124,000 nt of DNA from Hyalangium minutum (GTDB lineage Bacteria; Myxococcota; Myxococcia; Myxococcales; Myxococcaceae). The position numbers and the translations under genes are program-made. This document shows, piece by piece, positions 20,101 to 28,946 of the stretch (positions are counted from its first letter, which is position 1; each line of letters starts with the position of its first letter). The notes below the pieces were generated by a model. That model was not told the origin of the DNA. It searched no databases and saw only the letters and a program-made list of their open reading frames with translations. Location of the stretch: the NCBI RefSeq assembly GCF_000737315.1, contig NZ_JMCB01000002.1:20001-144000 (forward strand). Reading direction: 5' to 3'.

Positions 20101-20349
20101 GACACCATCCGCTCCTGGTTCGTGGGCCGCGTCAAAGAGAAGAACTCCTTGGACAAGATGCGGCCCATGCTCAGCGAGGCCCGGGTGGACTTCACGGCGA
20201 AGATCCCCCAGCAGACCACGGGCGAGTTCCACCTCATCCGTGAGGGCAAGGTGAACCGCTTCCGGGCGGACCCGTCCGCCCTGTCCACCGAGCAGCTCGC
20301 GGAGGAGGAGCTGCTGCGGCTGGCCGCCCGCACTCAGTCGCGCCCCTGA
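17122..20349 (+). CDS. Double P-loop NTPase: N-terminal AAA/STAND-like domain fused to C-terminal HerA/FtsK-like (DUF87) ATPase
   Basis: Walker A GDSGCGKT with Walker B VLCVDQLE; second set GGSGSGKTT, VILFDEADMYLP, LATQSPGD; Pro/Ala linker between them. Confidence 0.88.
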   Translation: MSHQNDLRLSAFFSDTEVFHPIQHRHDMWRQDPFDVETIHKEARSAFERLLLRATTPPRPESGRILLLLGDSGCGKTHLMRAFRSRAHERSLGFVGYMQMTTAQSSYGRYMLNNLVDSLDQPYLAPSEPRSGLERLSGMLLERCSKVAALLADSEQDADEVPALVDIAADELKGQPLFERCDLDLMRALLFLQRNDTRIKSRVLKYLRCEDLSEGDRKVLGGLVPRIHDHHPLETVEHLGRLVAALDHSLVLCVDQLEGFNDFESQQVPHFRRAMTALCDLADRVPSSIIVISCLHNFWQGLSNQLTQSLRDRIENAPPFIKLEAQRTADEARLITERRLEHLYALKDAPFDYAEPTYPFPHEGFEALSGHRAREVLDTCRRWREHAISTGVLPHQFPLSSEKAEPLPEVPPQETLALDQEWNDFRTGHSTPPPEEDSELSSLLAWALQASMDELETGHRVQARSEGEALFVELTPGDQRLRLAFCNKGAQRGALARQIEQVRKDAKGRIPVAVRSSSFPNSPKSEAALELGKLLSKGGRNAVLEDSDCRLILALKAFRQQHESYPGFAAWLRSTQPLSQLKPLRDILDLDHLSRPAAVPGAAPAPAVAPQTESSAPAPVTAPPVAAAPPRAAPERQGTEQPPPQRQPSAPSRARGPVPLRLGAEESLLKEEISLLPDELTKHAAFLGGSGSGKTTLALNVIEQLLLQGIPAILVDRKGDLAGYATEEFWTRSASSPERAERQARLRECLDVALFTPGHPQGRPLSIAIVPEGLAQLPEFDRQLATRHAADALAGMLDYRQSPRDKSCRTLLSQAIDQYVQLSQQTVALEPLIQFIGDKDPRLVSAAGRLDTKLFDKLADDLDRLRIDTEKTQLLGGSGADKLDMDLLLGRGAHARPGKTRLSVLSTRFLGDTHSVLFWISQFLIEVTRWLNRSPSSSLQAVILFDEADMYLPATRQPATKQPMENLLKRARSGGLGLMLATQSPGDFDYKCRDTIRSWFVGRVKEKNSLDKMRPMLSEARVDFTAKIPQQTTGEFHLIREGKVNRFRADPSALSTEQLAEEELLRLAARTQSRP

Positions 20350-20426
20350 GCGTGGACCCCCGCGCTCCCGCATATAATGATGCGGGGCCTCAAAACGGGG
20401 TTGGGTAGGATGTTTGCCTACCTGAG

Positions 20427-20456
20427 TTTTCCACAAGTTGTCCCCACCTTCCCACA
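20427..20456 (+). promoter_or_regulatory. Three tandem DnaA-box-like 9-mers upstream of the S8 peptidase
   Basis: TTTTCCACA (20427, matches TTWTNCACA), TTGTCCCCA (20438), CTTCCCACA (20448) at 10-11 bp spacing. Confidence 0.3.
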
Positions 20457-20532
20457 AATCAGCCATGTAGGTGATGTGGAGCTATTTGTAGGTGGATAGG
20501 CAACTTCCTCCGCCATTTGCCGACAATTCGGC

Positions 20533-22131
20533 ATGGCTACCATCTCCAAGCTCCCTTCTCCTTCGCTTCCGACTTCGACCCCCCGCACCGAGACGGCGCA
20601 GCCTAAGGCCCCGGCCCCGGCTCCTCGCTCGGAGGCCCGCGCGAGCCGCGCGGCGGATGGCTTCGACTCCGCACCCGCGCGCTCGAACTTCGTGGATCGC
20701 CCGGGCAACACCTTCGTGGCGCGCCCCACCGGCCTGCGTCCGGGCTCGCCGCAGCTGAACCCGACGGAGGCCCCCGCGCCCCGCCCGACGCTCTCGCGCC
20801 AGCCGCTGGCCCGCGAGGCGACAGCGCAGACGCTCAAGGCCGAGGCCACGCCGAACCTGGAGGTGAAGGACCTCTCCAAGGTCACCTCCACAGTGAGCTT
20901 CGACAAGGACGTGAGCATCGACTCGCTGAAGCTGTCGATGGACCTGGCGCACACCTACCGGGGCGACCTGAAGGTGACGCTGACGAGCCCCTCGGGGAAG
21001 ACGGCCACCATCAGCGACAAGCAGGGCGGCAGCGCGGACGACCTGAAGGGCACCTTTGACCTGAGCGCCTTCAAGGGTGAGAAGACGAAGGGCACCTGGA
21101 CGCTGACGGTGGAGGACACGGCGCGTTCCGACACGGGCACGCTGAAGAACTGGAGCCTCGAGGCCACGGGCAAGGCCGAGGGCCCGGTGGATCCGAAGCC
21201 GACCCCCAAGGGCCCGCCTGTCGTCGCCATCTTCGACGGCGGCGTGGACTACAAGCACTCGGACTTGGACGGGGCCATGTGGACCAACCCGAACGAAGTC
21301 GAGGGTGACGGCATCGACAACGACGGCAACGGCGTGGCGGACGACATGCACGGCTTCAACGTGGGCTTCAACTCGGGCGACCCGATGAAGGGCGAGGGCA
21401 CGGACCACGGCACGCACGTGGCGGGCATCATCGCCGCCGAGGACAACGGCCAGGGCAACACTGGCGTGGCGGCGGGCAAGGCGCAGGTGCTCTCGGTGGG
21501 CGGCCTCTACGACGGCAATGACTTGCTGACGAACTTCGAGCGCTCGGTGGACTACGTGGTGGGCCTGAAGGACAAGGGCGCCAACATCCGCGCGGTGAAC
21601 GCGAGCTTCGGGGACGAGTACAAGGACGCGGCCTCGCAGGCGCGCTGGAAGGCGGCCATCCAGAAGCTGGCGGACGCTGACATCCTCCTGGTGGCGGCCA
21701 CGGCGAACGGCAACGGCAGCAACATGAACAACGTGCAGGACTTCCCGGCCAACGTGGATCTGCCCAACGTCATCACCGTGGCGTCCATGGACAAGAACAA
21801 CGACAAGCTGGCGCGCTTCTCCTCGCACGGCGACAAGGTGGTGGAGCTGGCCGCAGTGGGCGAGGACGTGCTGAGCACGGTGCCGGGCGGCCGCTGGGAG
21901 AAGATGAGCGGCACCTCCATGGCCACCCCGCGCGTGGCGGCCACCGCGGCGCTCATGTTCGCGGAGAACCCCAACCTCACGGCGGCGCAGGTGCGCGACA
22001 TGCTGGTGAAGACGGTGGAGGTGGATCCGGACCTGAAGGGCAAGGTGAGCACGGGCGGCAAGCTGGACATCGCCGCCGCCGTGGCCGCCGCCCGCGCCGC
22101 CGCGGCCACCTCCTTCGCCGCGCGCCCGTAG
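20533..22131 (+). CDS. S8 subtilisin-like serine peptidase with proprotein-convertase P-domain N-terminal to the catalytic domain
   Basis: P-domain (HTYRGDLKVTLTSPSG...GTWTLTVED...GTLKNWSL); triad AIFDGG, HGTHVAG, SGTSMATP. Confidence 0.93.
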   Translation: MATISKLPSPSLPTSTPRTETAQPKAPAPAPRSEARASRAADGFDSAPARSNFVDRPGNTFVARPTGLRPGSPQLNPTEAPAPRPTLSRQPLAREATAQTLKAEATPNLEVKDLSKVTSTVSFDKDVSIDSLKLSMDLAHTYRGDLKVTLTSPSGKTATISDKQGGSADDLKGTFDLSAFKGEKTKGTWTLTVEDTARSDTGTLKNWSLEATGKAEGPVDPKPTPKGPPVVAIFDGGVDYKHSDLDGAMWTNPNEVEGDGIDNDGNGVADDMHGFNVGFNSGDPMKGEGTDHGTHVAGIIAAEDNGQGNTGVAAGKAQVLSVGGLYDGNDLLTNFERSVDYVVGLKDKGANIRAVNASFGDEYKDAASQARWKAAIQKLADADILLVAATANGNGSNMNNVQDFPANVDLPNVITVASMDKNNDKLARFSSHGDKVVELAAVGEDVLSTVPGGRWEKMSGTSMATPRVAATAALMFAENPNLTAAQVRDMLVKTVEVDPDLKGKVSTGGKLDIAAAVAAARAAAATSFAARP

Positions 22132-22134
22132 TCC

Positions 22135-22521
22135 TCAGTGGGAGGCGGTGACTTCCGGGCAGTGACGCCGGGTGATGCTGACGAACTCCTGGAGCTGGAA
22201 GGGCTTCTCGAGGAGGCCCACGGCCTTCATCTCCTGAGCGATCGGCGTCAGGTCCCGGAACGCGGAGATGACCACCACGGGGATGGACGCCAGCTCGGGG
22301 GTGCGCAGCTGCTCCTGCCGGAAGGCGCGGCCGTCCATCCGGGGCATCATCAGGTCCAGGAAGATGAGGCAGGGCTGGGGCCCGGGGCCGCGCAGCCGGT
22401 CCAGCGCCTCGAGCCCGTTCTCGGCGCCCACGGCCTCATAGCCCTGGTCCTCCAGAATCTCGAGGAGGCTCTCACGGATCTCCAGGTCGTCCTCGACGAT
22501 CAGGACGCGGTGGGACTTCAT
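22135..22521 (-). CDS. Single-domain response regulator
   Basis: VLIVEDD, IFLDLMMPRMDG, LLEKPF. Confidence 0.92.
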   Translation of the reverse strand: MKSHRVLIVEDDLEIRESLLEILEDQGYEAVGAENGLEALDRLRGPGPQPCLIFLDLMMPRMDGRAFRQEQLRTPELASIPVVVISAFRDLTPIAQEMKAVGLLEKPFQLQEFVSITRRHCPEVTASH

Positions 22522-24104
22522 GCGGGCAGCTCCTCGGAAGAAGTGCGCTCGGGCTCGGGGTGCACGCTGGGGGCCAGCGGCAGCCGGACCGTGAAGCAGG
22601 CCCCGCCCTCGGGCAGGTTGTGCGCGGTCACCATTCCATCGTGCGCCTTGACGATCTCCCGGACGACGTAGAGGCCGAGCCCCAGGCCTCCGTAGTGGCG
22701 TATCTCGGCGGCGCGCTCGAAGCGGTCGAAGATGCGGGACAGGGCGTCCTCCGGGATGCCCGGGCCCCGGTCGCGCACGTCGATGACCGCCGTCTCTCCG
22801 TCCTGGGCGAGCGACACCTCGATGGGCGCACCGGCCGCGTACTTGAGGGCGTTGGACACCAGGTTGCTCACCACCTGCTCCAGGCGCAGCCGGTCCCAGG
22901 TGCCCACGATGGAAGCGCCCGTGCGCAGGGTGAGCGCACAGCCCGCGCGGGTGGCGGCGTCCCGGAAGCGCTCGGCGGCCTCGCTCACGGCCTCGGTGAG
23001 CTCGAAGCGCTGCAGGCTCAGCTCGAAGTGGCCCGTGGAGATGCGCGAGACGTCCAGCAGTGTCTCGACGAGGTCGGTCAGCCGCTCGGTGCTCCGGGCG
23101 GCCCGGTCAATCTTCGTCACCACCCGCTTCTCCAGCTCGTCGCTGCGCTGACGCAAGCCCTGCAGCTGGAGCTGGAGCGCGGTGAGGGGCGTCTTGAGCT
23201 CATGCGAGGCAATGGAGAGGAACTCGTCCCGCAGGCGGATGGCCTCCTGCGCCTGGGCCAGTCGCAGCTGCTCCTGCGCCATCCGCCGGCGCTCGGTCAA
23301 ATCCCGCGTCACCTTGGCGAAGCCGATGTGCTTGCCCGTGCTGTCGCGCAGCACGGTGAGGATGACGCTGGCCCAGAAGCGGGAGCCGTCCTTGCGCACC
23401 CGCCAGCCCTCCTCCTCGTAGCGGCCCTCTCGCAACGTGATCTCCAGCTCGCGCTCGCACTTGCTGGAGCGGACGTCCTCCTCCGGGTAGAAGCGGGTGA
23501 AGTGCTGGCCGATGATTTCCTGAGCCGTGTAGCCTTTGATGCGCTCGGCACCGGGGTTCCACGTCATCACATGGCCCTGGGTGTCCAGCATGAAGATGGC
23601 GTAGTCCTTCACGCCATCGACGAGCAGGCGGAAGCGCTCCTCGCTCAGTCGCAGCTGCTCCTCCGCGAGCCGGCGCTCCGTGAGATCCCGCGTGACCTTG
23701 GAGAAGCCAATCAGCCGCCCTGAGGCATCCCTCATGGCCGACAGCACCACATTGGCCCAGAAGGGGGTACCGTCCTTGCGCACCCGCCAGCCCTCGTACT
23801 CGAAGCGCCCCTCCTCTGCGGCCCGCTTCAGGTGCAGCTGGGGCTTGCCGATGTGCTGATCCTCCGGCGTGTAGAAGCGCGAGAAGTGCTGGCCGATGAT
23901 CTCTTCGGCGCGGTAACCCTTGGTGCGCTCGGCACCGGGGTTCCAGGTCAGGATTCTCCCCTGGGGATCCAGCATGAAGATGGCGTAATCGCGGACGCTC
24001 TCAATGAGCATCCGCCAGGGGCCCTGGTCATTCCATAAGGGGGGGAGGGCTTCTGCCACGGAGCGATCCTGCCGCGGAGCGACTGTCCGCTCGTCGTCGG
24101 TCAT
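22518..24104 (-). CDS. PAS-PAS sensor histidine kinase
   Basis: Two similar PAS repeats (DYAIFMLD..G..TWNPGAER.KGY.A.EIIGQHF), FLSIASHELKTPL, NALKY, GLGLGL. Confidence 0.93.
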   Translation of the reverse strand: MTDDERTVAPRQDRSVAEALPPLWNDQGPWRMLIESVRDYAIFMLDPQGRILTWNPGAERTKGYRAEEIIGQHFSRFYTPEDQHIGKPQLHLKRAAEEGRFEYEGWRVRKDGTPFWANVVLSAMRDASGRLIGFSKVTRDLTERRLAEEQLRLSEERFRLLVDGVKDYAIFMLDTQGHVMTWNPGAERIKGYTAQEIIGQHFTRFYPEEDVRSSKCERELEITLREGRYEEEGWRVRKDGSRFWASVILTVLRDSTGKHIGFAKVTRDLTERRRMAQEQLRLAQAQEAIRLRDEFLSIASHELKTPLTALQLQLQGLRQRSDELEKRVVTKIDRAARSTERLTDLVETLLDVSRISTGHFELSLQRFELTEAVSEAAERFRDAATRAGCALTLRTGASIVGTWDRLRLEQVVSNLVSNALKYAAGAPIEVSLAQDGETAVIDVRDRGPGIPEDALSRIFDRFERAAEIRHYGGLGLGLYVVREIVKAHDGMVTAHNLPEGGACFTVRLPLAPSVHPEPERTSSEELPA

Positions 24105-24246
24105 CTGTACTCCGGCTCGAGGATGCGCTGGCTAGGCAGACAAGGTACTGCCCGCTTCCAATCTGGGTTCGCAAGATGCGAGAAACAACCCCGATCTTCG
24201 TAAAAACATTGAACCATCAAAGATCTATTGGATCTTCCGGAGTCAC

Positions 24247-26058
24247 ATGAGTCGCTCGCGCAGGGAGTTTCTGACCAGTACCGCACTGGGCGTGGCCGGA
24301 GTGGCCGCGGCCGTTACCGCAGAGGCGGCACCTTCCGATGCGGGTGTTCCGGCGGCAGCGCCTGCTGGTGCACCGCCCGCGTTTGGGACTGCACCCTCCG
24401 TGGGGCCTGGGGTGAGCGCGGCCACCTTCGCGGAGGCGGAGAAGCTGGTGCAGGTGCAGCTCACTCCAGCGGAGAGGGCTCAGGCGGCCAGCAACTGGCG
24501 CGAGATGATGGCCCCGCTCTACGAGTTCCGCACGGGGCCCCGCCGCGCGAAGCTGGAGCCGGAGGTGGCGCCCGCCTCGCGGTGGGACCCCTTGCTCCCT
24601 GGGCTCGCCAGCGGGCCTGCGCGCAACCGCTTCGTGCGGAGCAAGGCCTCGCCCGGGCCATTGCCGGGGAAGGATGAGGACATCGCCTTCGCGCCCGTCA
24701 CGGCGCTCTCGAGGTGGCTCGAGTCCCGGGCGCTGAGCTCGGAGCGGCTCACGCGCATCTACCTGGAGCGGCTGCAGCGCTTCGATCCGAAGCTGAAGTG
24801 CGTCATCACCCTGACGCCGGAGCTGGCGCTGGAGCAGGCCCGGCGCGCGGACAAGGAGATTGCCGCGGGCAAGTATCGCGGTCCGCTGCACGGCATCCCC
24901 TGGGGCGCGAAAGACTTGGTGGACACGGCGAACATTCCCACCACCTACGGCGCCGAGCCGTTCCGCAACCGCGTGCCCACCGCGGATGCGACGGTGGTGG
25001 ACCGGCTGCACCGTGCGGGCGCGGTGCTGGTGGCCAAGCTGAGCCTGGGCGCGCTGGCGCTCAATGACGTCTGGTTCGGCGGCGAGACGAAGAACCCGTG
25101 GCTCTTGGAGGAGGGCTCCTCGGGCAGCAGTGCGGGGCCGGGCGCGGCGACGGCGGCGGGCCTCGTGGGCTTCTCGCTGGGGAGCGAGACGGGAGGCAGC
25201 ATCATCTCGCCGTCCATGCGCTGTGGCATCACCGGCCTGCGGCCCACGTTTGGCCGCGTGCCGCGCACTGGCGCGATGACGCTGTGCTGGTCGCTGGACA
25301 AGCTCGGGCCGATGACGCGCGGGGTGGAGGACTCGCTGCTGGTGCTCCAGGCGCTCTCCGGGCCGGACGCGGGCGATGTGGACAGCGTGCCGAGCGCGCT
25401 GGACTTCGACGCCACCGCCGGCGTGAAGGGCCTGCGCGTGGGTTATTTCCCAACGTGGATGGAGGACTTCCCCGCGACGGACGTGGACCGCGCCGCGCTG
25501 GAGACGCTGAAGCGGCTGGGGCTGAAGCCGGTGGAAGTCACGCTGCCGGACTGGCCGTACATCTCACTGATGATCATCCTCTTCGCCGAGGCGGCGGCGG
25601 CCTTCGAGGAGCTCACGCTGAGCCACGGCGTGGACGCGCTGAAGATGCAGGTGCCGGACGCGTGGCCGAACCTCTTCCGCCAAGCGCGCTTCCTGTCGGC
25701 GGTGGACCTCATCCAAGCGGATCGGCTGCGGCGCAAGGTGGCGCAGGAGATGGTGCGGGTGATGAAGGAGGTGGACCTGCTGCTGGTGCCCTCGCTGCAG
25801 CTCGACATGCTCACGATCAGCAACTTCACGGGGCACCCCTCGCTGACGCTGCGCACGGGTTTCGTGGAGGTGGATCAGGCCCGGAGCGACTGGGCGCCGG
25901 ACCCCGCGCGGCCGCTGCCGAAGTTCTCGCCCATGCGGCGGGTTCCGCACGGCGTCACGCTCATCGGGCGGCTGTTCGACGAGGGGACGCTGGGCCGGGT
26001 GGGCATGGCCCTGGAGAGGGCCTCGGGTGTCGCGGGTGAACGGCCCCCGGGCTTCTGA
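24247..26058 (+). CDS. Amidase-signature family protein with Tat signal
   Basis: SRREFL Tat motif; GAKDL, GSSGSSAG, GSETGGSIISPS. Confidence 0.9.
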   Translation: MSRSRREFLTSTALGVAGVAAAVTAEAAPSDAGVPAAAPAGAPPAFGTAPSVGPGVSAATFAEAEKLVQVQLTPAERAQAASNWREMMAPLYEFRTGPRRAKLEPEVAPASRWDPLLPGLASGPARNRFVRSKASPGPLPGKDEDIAFAPVTALSRWLESRALSSERLTRIYLERLQRFDPKLKCVITLTPELALEQARRADKEIAAGKYRGPLHGIPWGAKDLVDTANIPTTYGAEPFRNRVPTADATVVDRLHRAGAVLVAKLSLGALALNDVWFGGETKNPWLLEEGSSGSSAGPGAATAAGLVGFSLGSETGGSIISPSMRCGITGLRPTFGRVPRTGAMTLCWSLDKLGPMTRGVEDSLLVLQALSGPDAGDVDSVPSALDFDATAGVKGLRVGYFPTWMEDFPATDVDRAALETLKRLGLKPVEVTLPDWPYISLMIILFAEAAAAFEELTLSHGVDALKMQVPDAWPNLFRQARFLSAVDLIQADRLRRKVAQEMVRVMKEVDLLLVPSLQLDMLTISNFTGHPSLTLRTGFVEVDQARSDWAPDPARPLPKFSPMRRVPHGVTLIGRLFDEGTLGRVGMALERASGVAGERPPGF

Positions 26059-26167
26059 TCCGGCCAGTCCACATTTCCGGCAGGATTCCGTTGCAACCCG
26101 GGGCGTTGGTCACTACGTCGGGAGCGCTCAGTCGTAGGCACTCCACCCGAAGTAAATCGAGGACACC

Positions 26168-26602
26168 ATGGCTCCTGTCACCATCACCCCCCTGTACACC
26201 GCCACCGCGACCTCTCACGGTGGCCGCAATGGCCGCGTGAAGTCGTCGGACAGCGTGCTGGACCTGCCGCTGGCGATGCCCAAGGAGCTGGGTGGGCCGG
26301 GCGGTGCGGTCACCAACCCCGAGCAGCTCTTCGCGGCGGGCTACTCCGCGTGCTTCGAGGGCGCGCTCCGGCTGGTGGCGGGCAAGCAGGGCAAGAACGT
26401 GAAGGACGCGAGCATCACCGCGCAGGCCACCATCGGCAAGACGCCGGATGGGGGCTTCGGGCTGGCGGTGGAGCTCAAGGGCAAGCTGCCCGGCCTCTCC
26501 AAGGAAGAGGCCGAGAAGCTCATGCACGACGCGCATCAGGTGTGCCCGTACTCCAAGGCCACGCGCGACAACATCAACGTGACGCTCTCCGTGGAGAGCT
26601 GA
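26168..26602 (+). CDS. ohr: Organic hydroperoxide resistance protein
   Basis: TNPEQLFAAGYSACF and AHQVCPYSKA. Confidence 0.95.
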   Translation: MAPVTITPLYTATATSHGGRNGRVKSSDSVLDLPLAMPKELGGPGGAVTNPEQLFAAGYSACFEGALRLVAGKQGKNVKDASITAQATIGKTPDGGFGLAVELKGKLPGLSKEEAEKLMHDAHQVCPYSKATRDNINVTLSVES

Positions 26603-26611
26603 GCCGGGCGG

Positions 26612-26959
26612 CTACTCCGCCTCCGGCTCCGCATCCACTTCGAAGCGGGACACCTCGCTGAAGACCTGGCGCCGGAGGCGGGTGACGTAACCGAACATCC
26701 GGTCCGAGTCCGCTCGCAGGCGCTTCGCCGCATCGCTGGCGGCGTAGCGCTCGACGGCCTCGGTGCTGGCCATCTCGTAGTGGCACACGTAGCGCGCCCA
26801 CCCATCCTCCGCGGCCGCCGTGTCCTTCCACTTGCGGCACGAGAGGAAGCCCGGCTGGCGCAGCACCTCCGGGACGTGGTGCTGCTCGTGCCACTCGTTC
26901 CAGGCGGCCTCGGAGTTCTGAGCCACCTCGATGGTGACGACGTAGAGCGCGGGCTTCAC
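26612..26959 (-). CDS. DUF4286/EthD-like dimeric alpha-beta barrel protein
   Basis: WNEWHEQHHVPEVLRQPGF...YVCHYE; GTG overlaps the upstream TGA. Confidence 0.7.
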   Translation of the reverse strand: MKPALYVVTIEVAQNSEAAWNEWHEQHHVPEVLRQPGFLSCRKWKDTAAAEDGWARYVCHYEMASTEAVERYAASDAAKRLRADSDRMFGYVTRLRRQVFSEVSRFEVDAEPEAE

Positions 26960-28149
26960 TTCGCGCCTCCGGCCCAGGTGCCCCAGTCCGAGAGCTGCTG
27001 GGTGAACGTGGGCTTGCGGCTCTTGCCCTCCACGCGCTCCACCGTCTCTCCCAGCGCGCCGAAGCGGGCCTGGTAATGCAGCCCATCCAGCGTGGAGTCC
27101 CACGGCTCCGCGGCGTAGAACTCCGAGCGGAGCTGCTGCGCACCGTCGGACTTCTCGGACGTCTCGAAGATGAGCGAGGGGACCTTGCGGCCCTTCACGT
27201 CCAGGGTGCCGCGGCGGTTCGGGGAACCCGTGTACCGAGGCGTGCGGAGCTGATCGGCCATCCAGGGGGCGAGCGAGTGCAGGAACTCCTCGACGGGCAC
27301 CACCTCGGCATTGGCGAAGCTCGGGCAGGGAGCGCCGCTGGTGGGAGCGGGGCCGACGCTCGTGAGCAGGAAGCCGCGCTCGGCGGCGAGGCAGGTGCGG
27401 TTGACCTCTTCACCGGTGCCCGGGTTCAGGCGGGAGTCGGACCAGGTGCCCGGGCCCAGCGGGTACTGCAGCGAGGGAGCCGTGCCCGTGCTGCCCTCGG
27501 CGCCCTGGCGGAACTCCACGAGGGTGAGCTGGTGGCCGCCGCTCGCGCCGAAGCCGGACAGGGTGGTGCTGGCGGAGAGCAGCCCATTCGTCAGGTACAG
27601 CGGGCCCGGGTTCGAGGCGTAGAGGCGGTTCTCCAGCGGGCCATCCACGGGCCGCTTGTCCTCGGTGTAGCGCTTGGCCTCCCAGGTGCGGCCGCCGGCC
27701 GAGAGCTCCTCGGTGCTCTCGGTGCCTCCGCGGGTCCATTCCAGGGAGCGCGAGGCCTCCGTGCTCATGGGGAAGACGAGCTCCTTCGACAGCGGCAGGC
27801 TCGAGCTGGGCTTGCCCGCCTCATCGCTCGTGGAGAGCTTCAGCCAGACCCAAGGAGCTTGGACGGCGACCACCTCCAACGCCAGCCGCCCGGCGACGCG
27901 CGCCTCGGTCTTCGCGCCGACGTTCGCGCGGTTGGCAGTGAAGGCATACACGACGCGGTCGCCCACGCGGGCGGTGTGCCACGGGGTGGTGCCCGAGGAG
28001 GGAGGCGGCGTGTTCGTCATGGGCTCGGTCTGAGGCGGCTCGGTGGCGGTGCCATCGGGTTGCGTCTGAGAGGACGTGGTGGCGCAGCCGGCGAGAACTC
28101 CGAGCGCCGCGGCGCCCACGAGGGACAGGAACGAGGAGCGGGGATGCAT
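26956..28149 (-). CDS. Myxobacterial lipoprotein (possibly DUF6068-like)
   Basis: LGVLAGC lipobox; PWHTARVGDRVVYAF motif; family name from memory only. Confidence 0.6.
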   Translation of the reverse strand: MHPRSSFLSLVGAAALGVLAGCATTSSQTQPDGTATEPPQTEPMTNTPPPSSGTTPWHTARVGDRVVYAFTANRANVGAKTEARVAGRLALEVVAVQAPWVWLKLSTSDEAGKPSSSLPLSKELVFPMSTEASRSLEWTRGGTESTEELSAGGRTWEAKRYTEDKRPVDGPLENRLYASNPGPLYLTNGLLSASTTLSGFGASGGHQLTLVEFRQGAEGSTGTAPSLQYPLGPGTWSDSRLNPGTGEEVNRTCLAAERGFLLTSVGPAPTSGAPCPSFANAEVVPVEEFLHSLAPWMADQLRTPRYTGSPNRRGTLDVKGRKVPSLIFETSEKSDGAQQLRSEFYAAEPWDSTLDGLHYQARFGALGETVERVEGKSRKPTFTQQLSDWGTWAGGAK

Positions 28150-28150
28150 C

Positions 28151-28879
28151 TCAGCTTTCCTTGCAGGGGTTGAGGGGAGACATGAAGGTGCGAATGGCCT
28201 CGGGGTCCACGGGGGTCCCCTTGAGATCGAGAGAGTCGAGCGGCGCTTCGGGGTCCGGATCCTCGCCCATCCAGAAGGCCATGCGCAGCTGCGTCTGGCC
28301 TGGGCACTCGAGGAAGAGGACGGAGTTCAGCCCGTGGTCCGTGCTCTTCTGATTCTGGGCGGACAGCTCACCGCGCTGGGTGACGTAGAGCACGCGCCGG
28401 CCATCGGAGAGCGGGACGATGCCTCGGCCGATGATCTCTCCCTGGCCGACATGCACGCCGTTGCGGGTGAGCACCGAGGTGTCGTCGGACTTGCCCTCGA
28501 CGTACTGGCGCAGCTTCTGCTGGTCGGAGGCGGAGGACATCTTGAGGAACATGTAGACGAAGACACGCACCTCCTCCTTGGGGCCGGTGGTGGGGGCGTC
28601 CGGAGAGCGCGTGCTGAGGACGGCCATGTCCATGATGGCGGGCACGCTGAGGGACATGACGGCGAAGTAGCCATCCGGCAGCGTGTCGGCGCCCAGGGTC
28701 TTCTTCACCATGGCGGTGCGCGTGACGGGGTTGGAGAGGTCCGCTGCGTATTCCTCTCCCTTCTTGAACATGAACGAGATGGCCACCACGACGGCCACGA
28801 TGGACAGCAACAGCAGAGCGCCGCAGCCGATGCCGACATACAGCCACGGTGAGCGCTTCTTGGGCGCAGCAGGTTCCAT
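28151..28879 (-). CDS. Single-pass membrane hypothetical protein
   Basis: KKRSPWLYVGIGCGALLLLSIV N-terminal TM; GGAGG RBS. Confidence 0.7.
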   Translation of the reverse strand: MEPAAPKKRSPWLYVGIGCGALLLLSIVAVVVAISFMFKKGEEYAADLSNPVTRTAMVKKTLGADTLPDGYFAVMSLSVPAIMDMAVLSTRSPDAPTTGPKEEVRVFVYMFLKMSSASDQQKLRQYVEGKSDDTSVLTRNGVHVGQGEIIGRGIVPLSDGRRVLYVTQRGELSAQNQKSTDHGLNSVLFLECPGQTQLRMAFWMGEDPDPEAPLDSLDLKGTPVDPEAIRTFMSPLNPCKES

Positions 28880-28946
28880 GGTGTCCTCCCCTCGGGCGAC
28901 TTGATACACCGAGGAGCGCCGAAGATCCCCAATTCCTGGAGGCCTC

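Noticed and set aside
20427-20456. Possible replication origin
   Set aside because: Only one perfect DnaA box, no dnaA/dnaN/gyrB context and no extended AT-rich unwinding element
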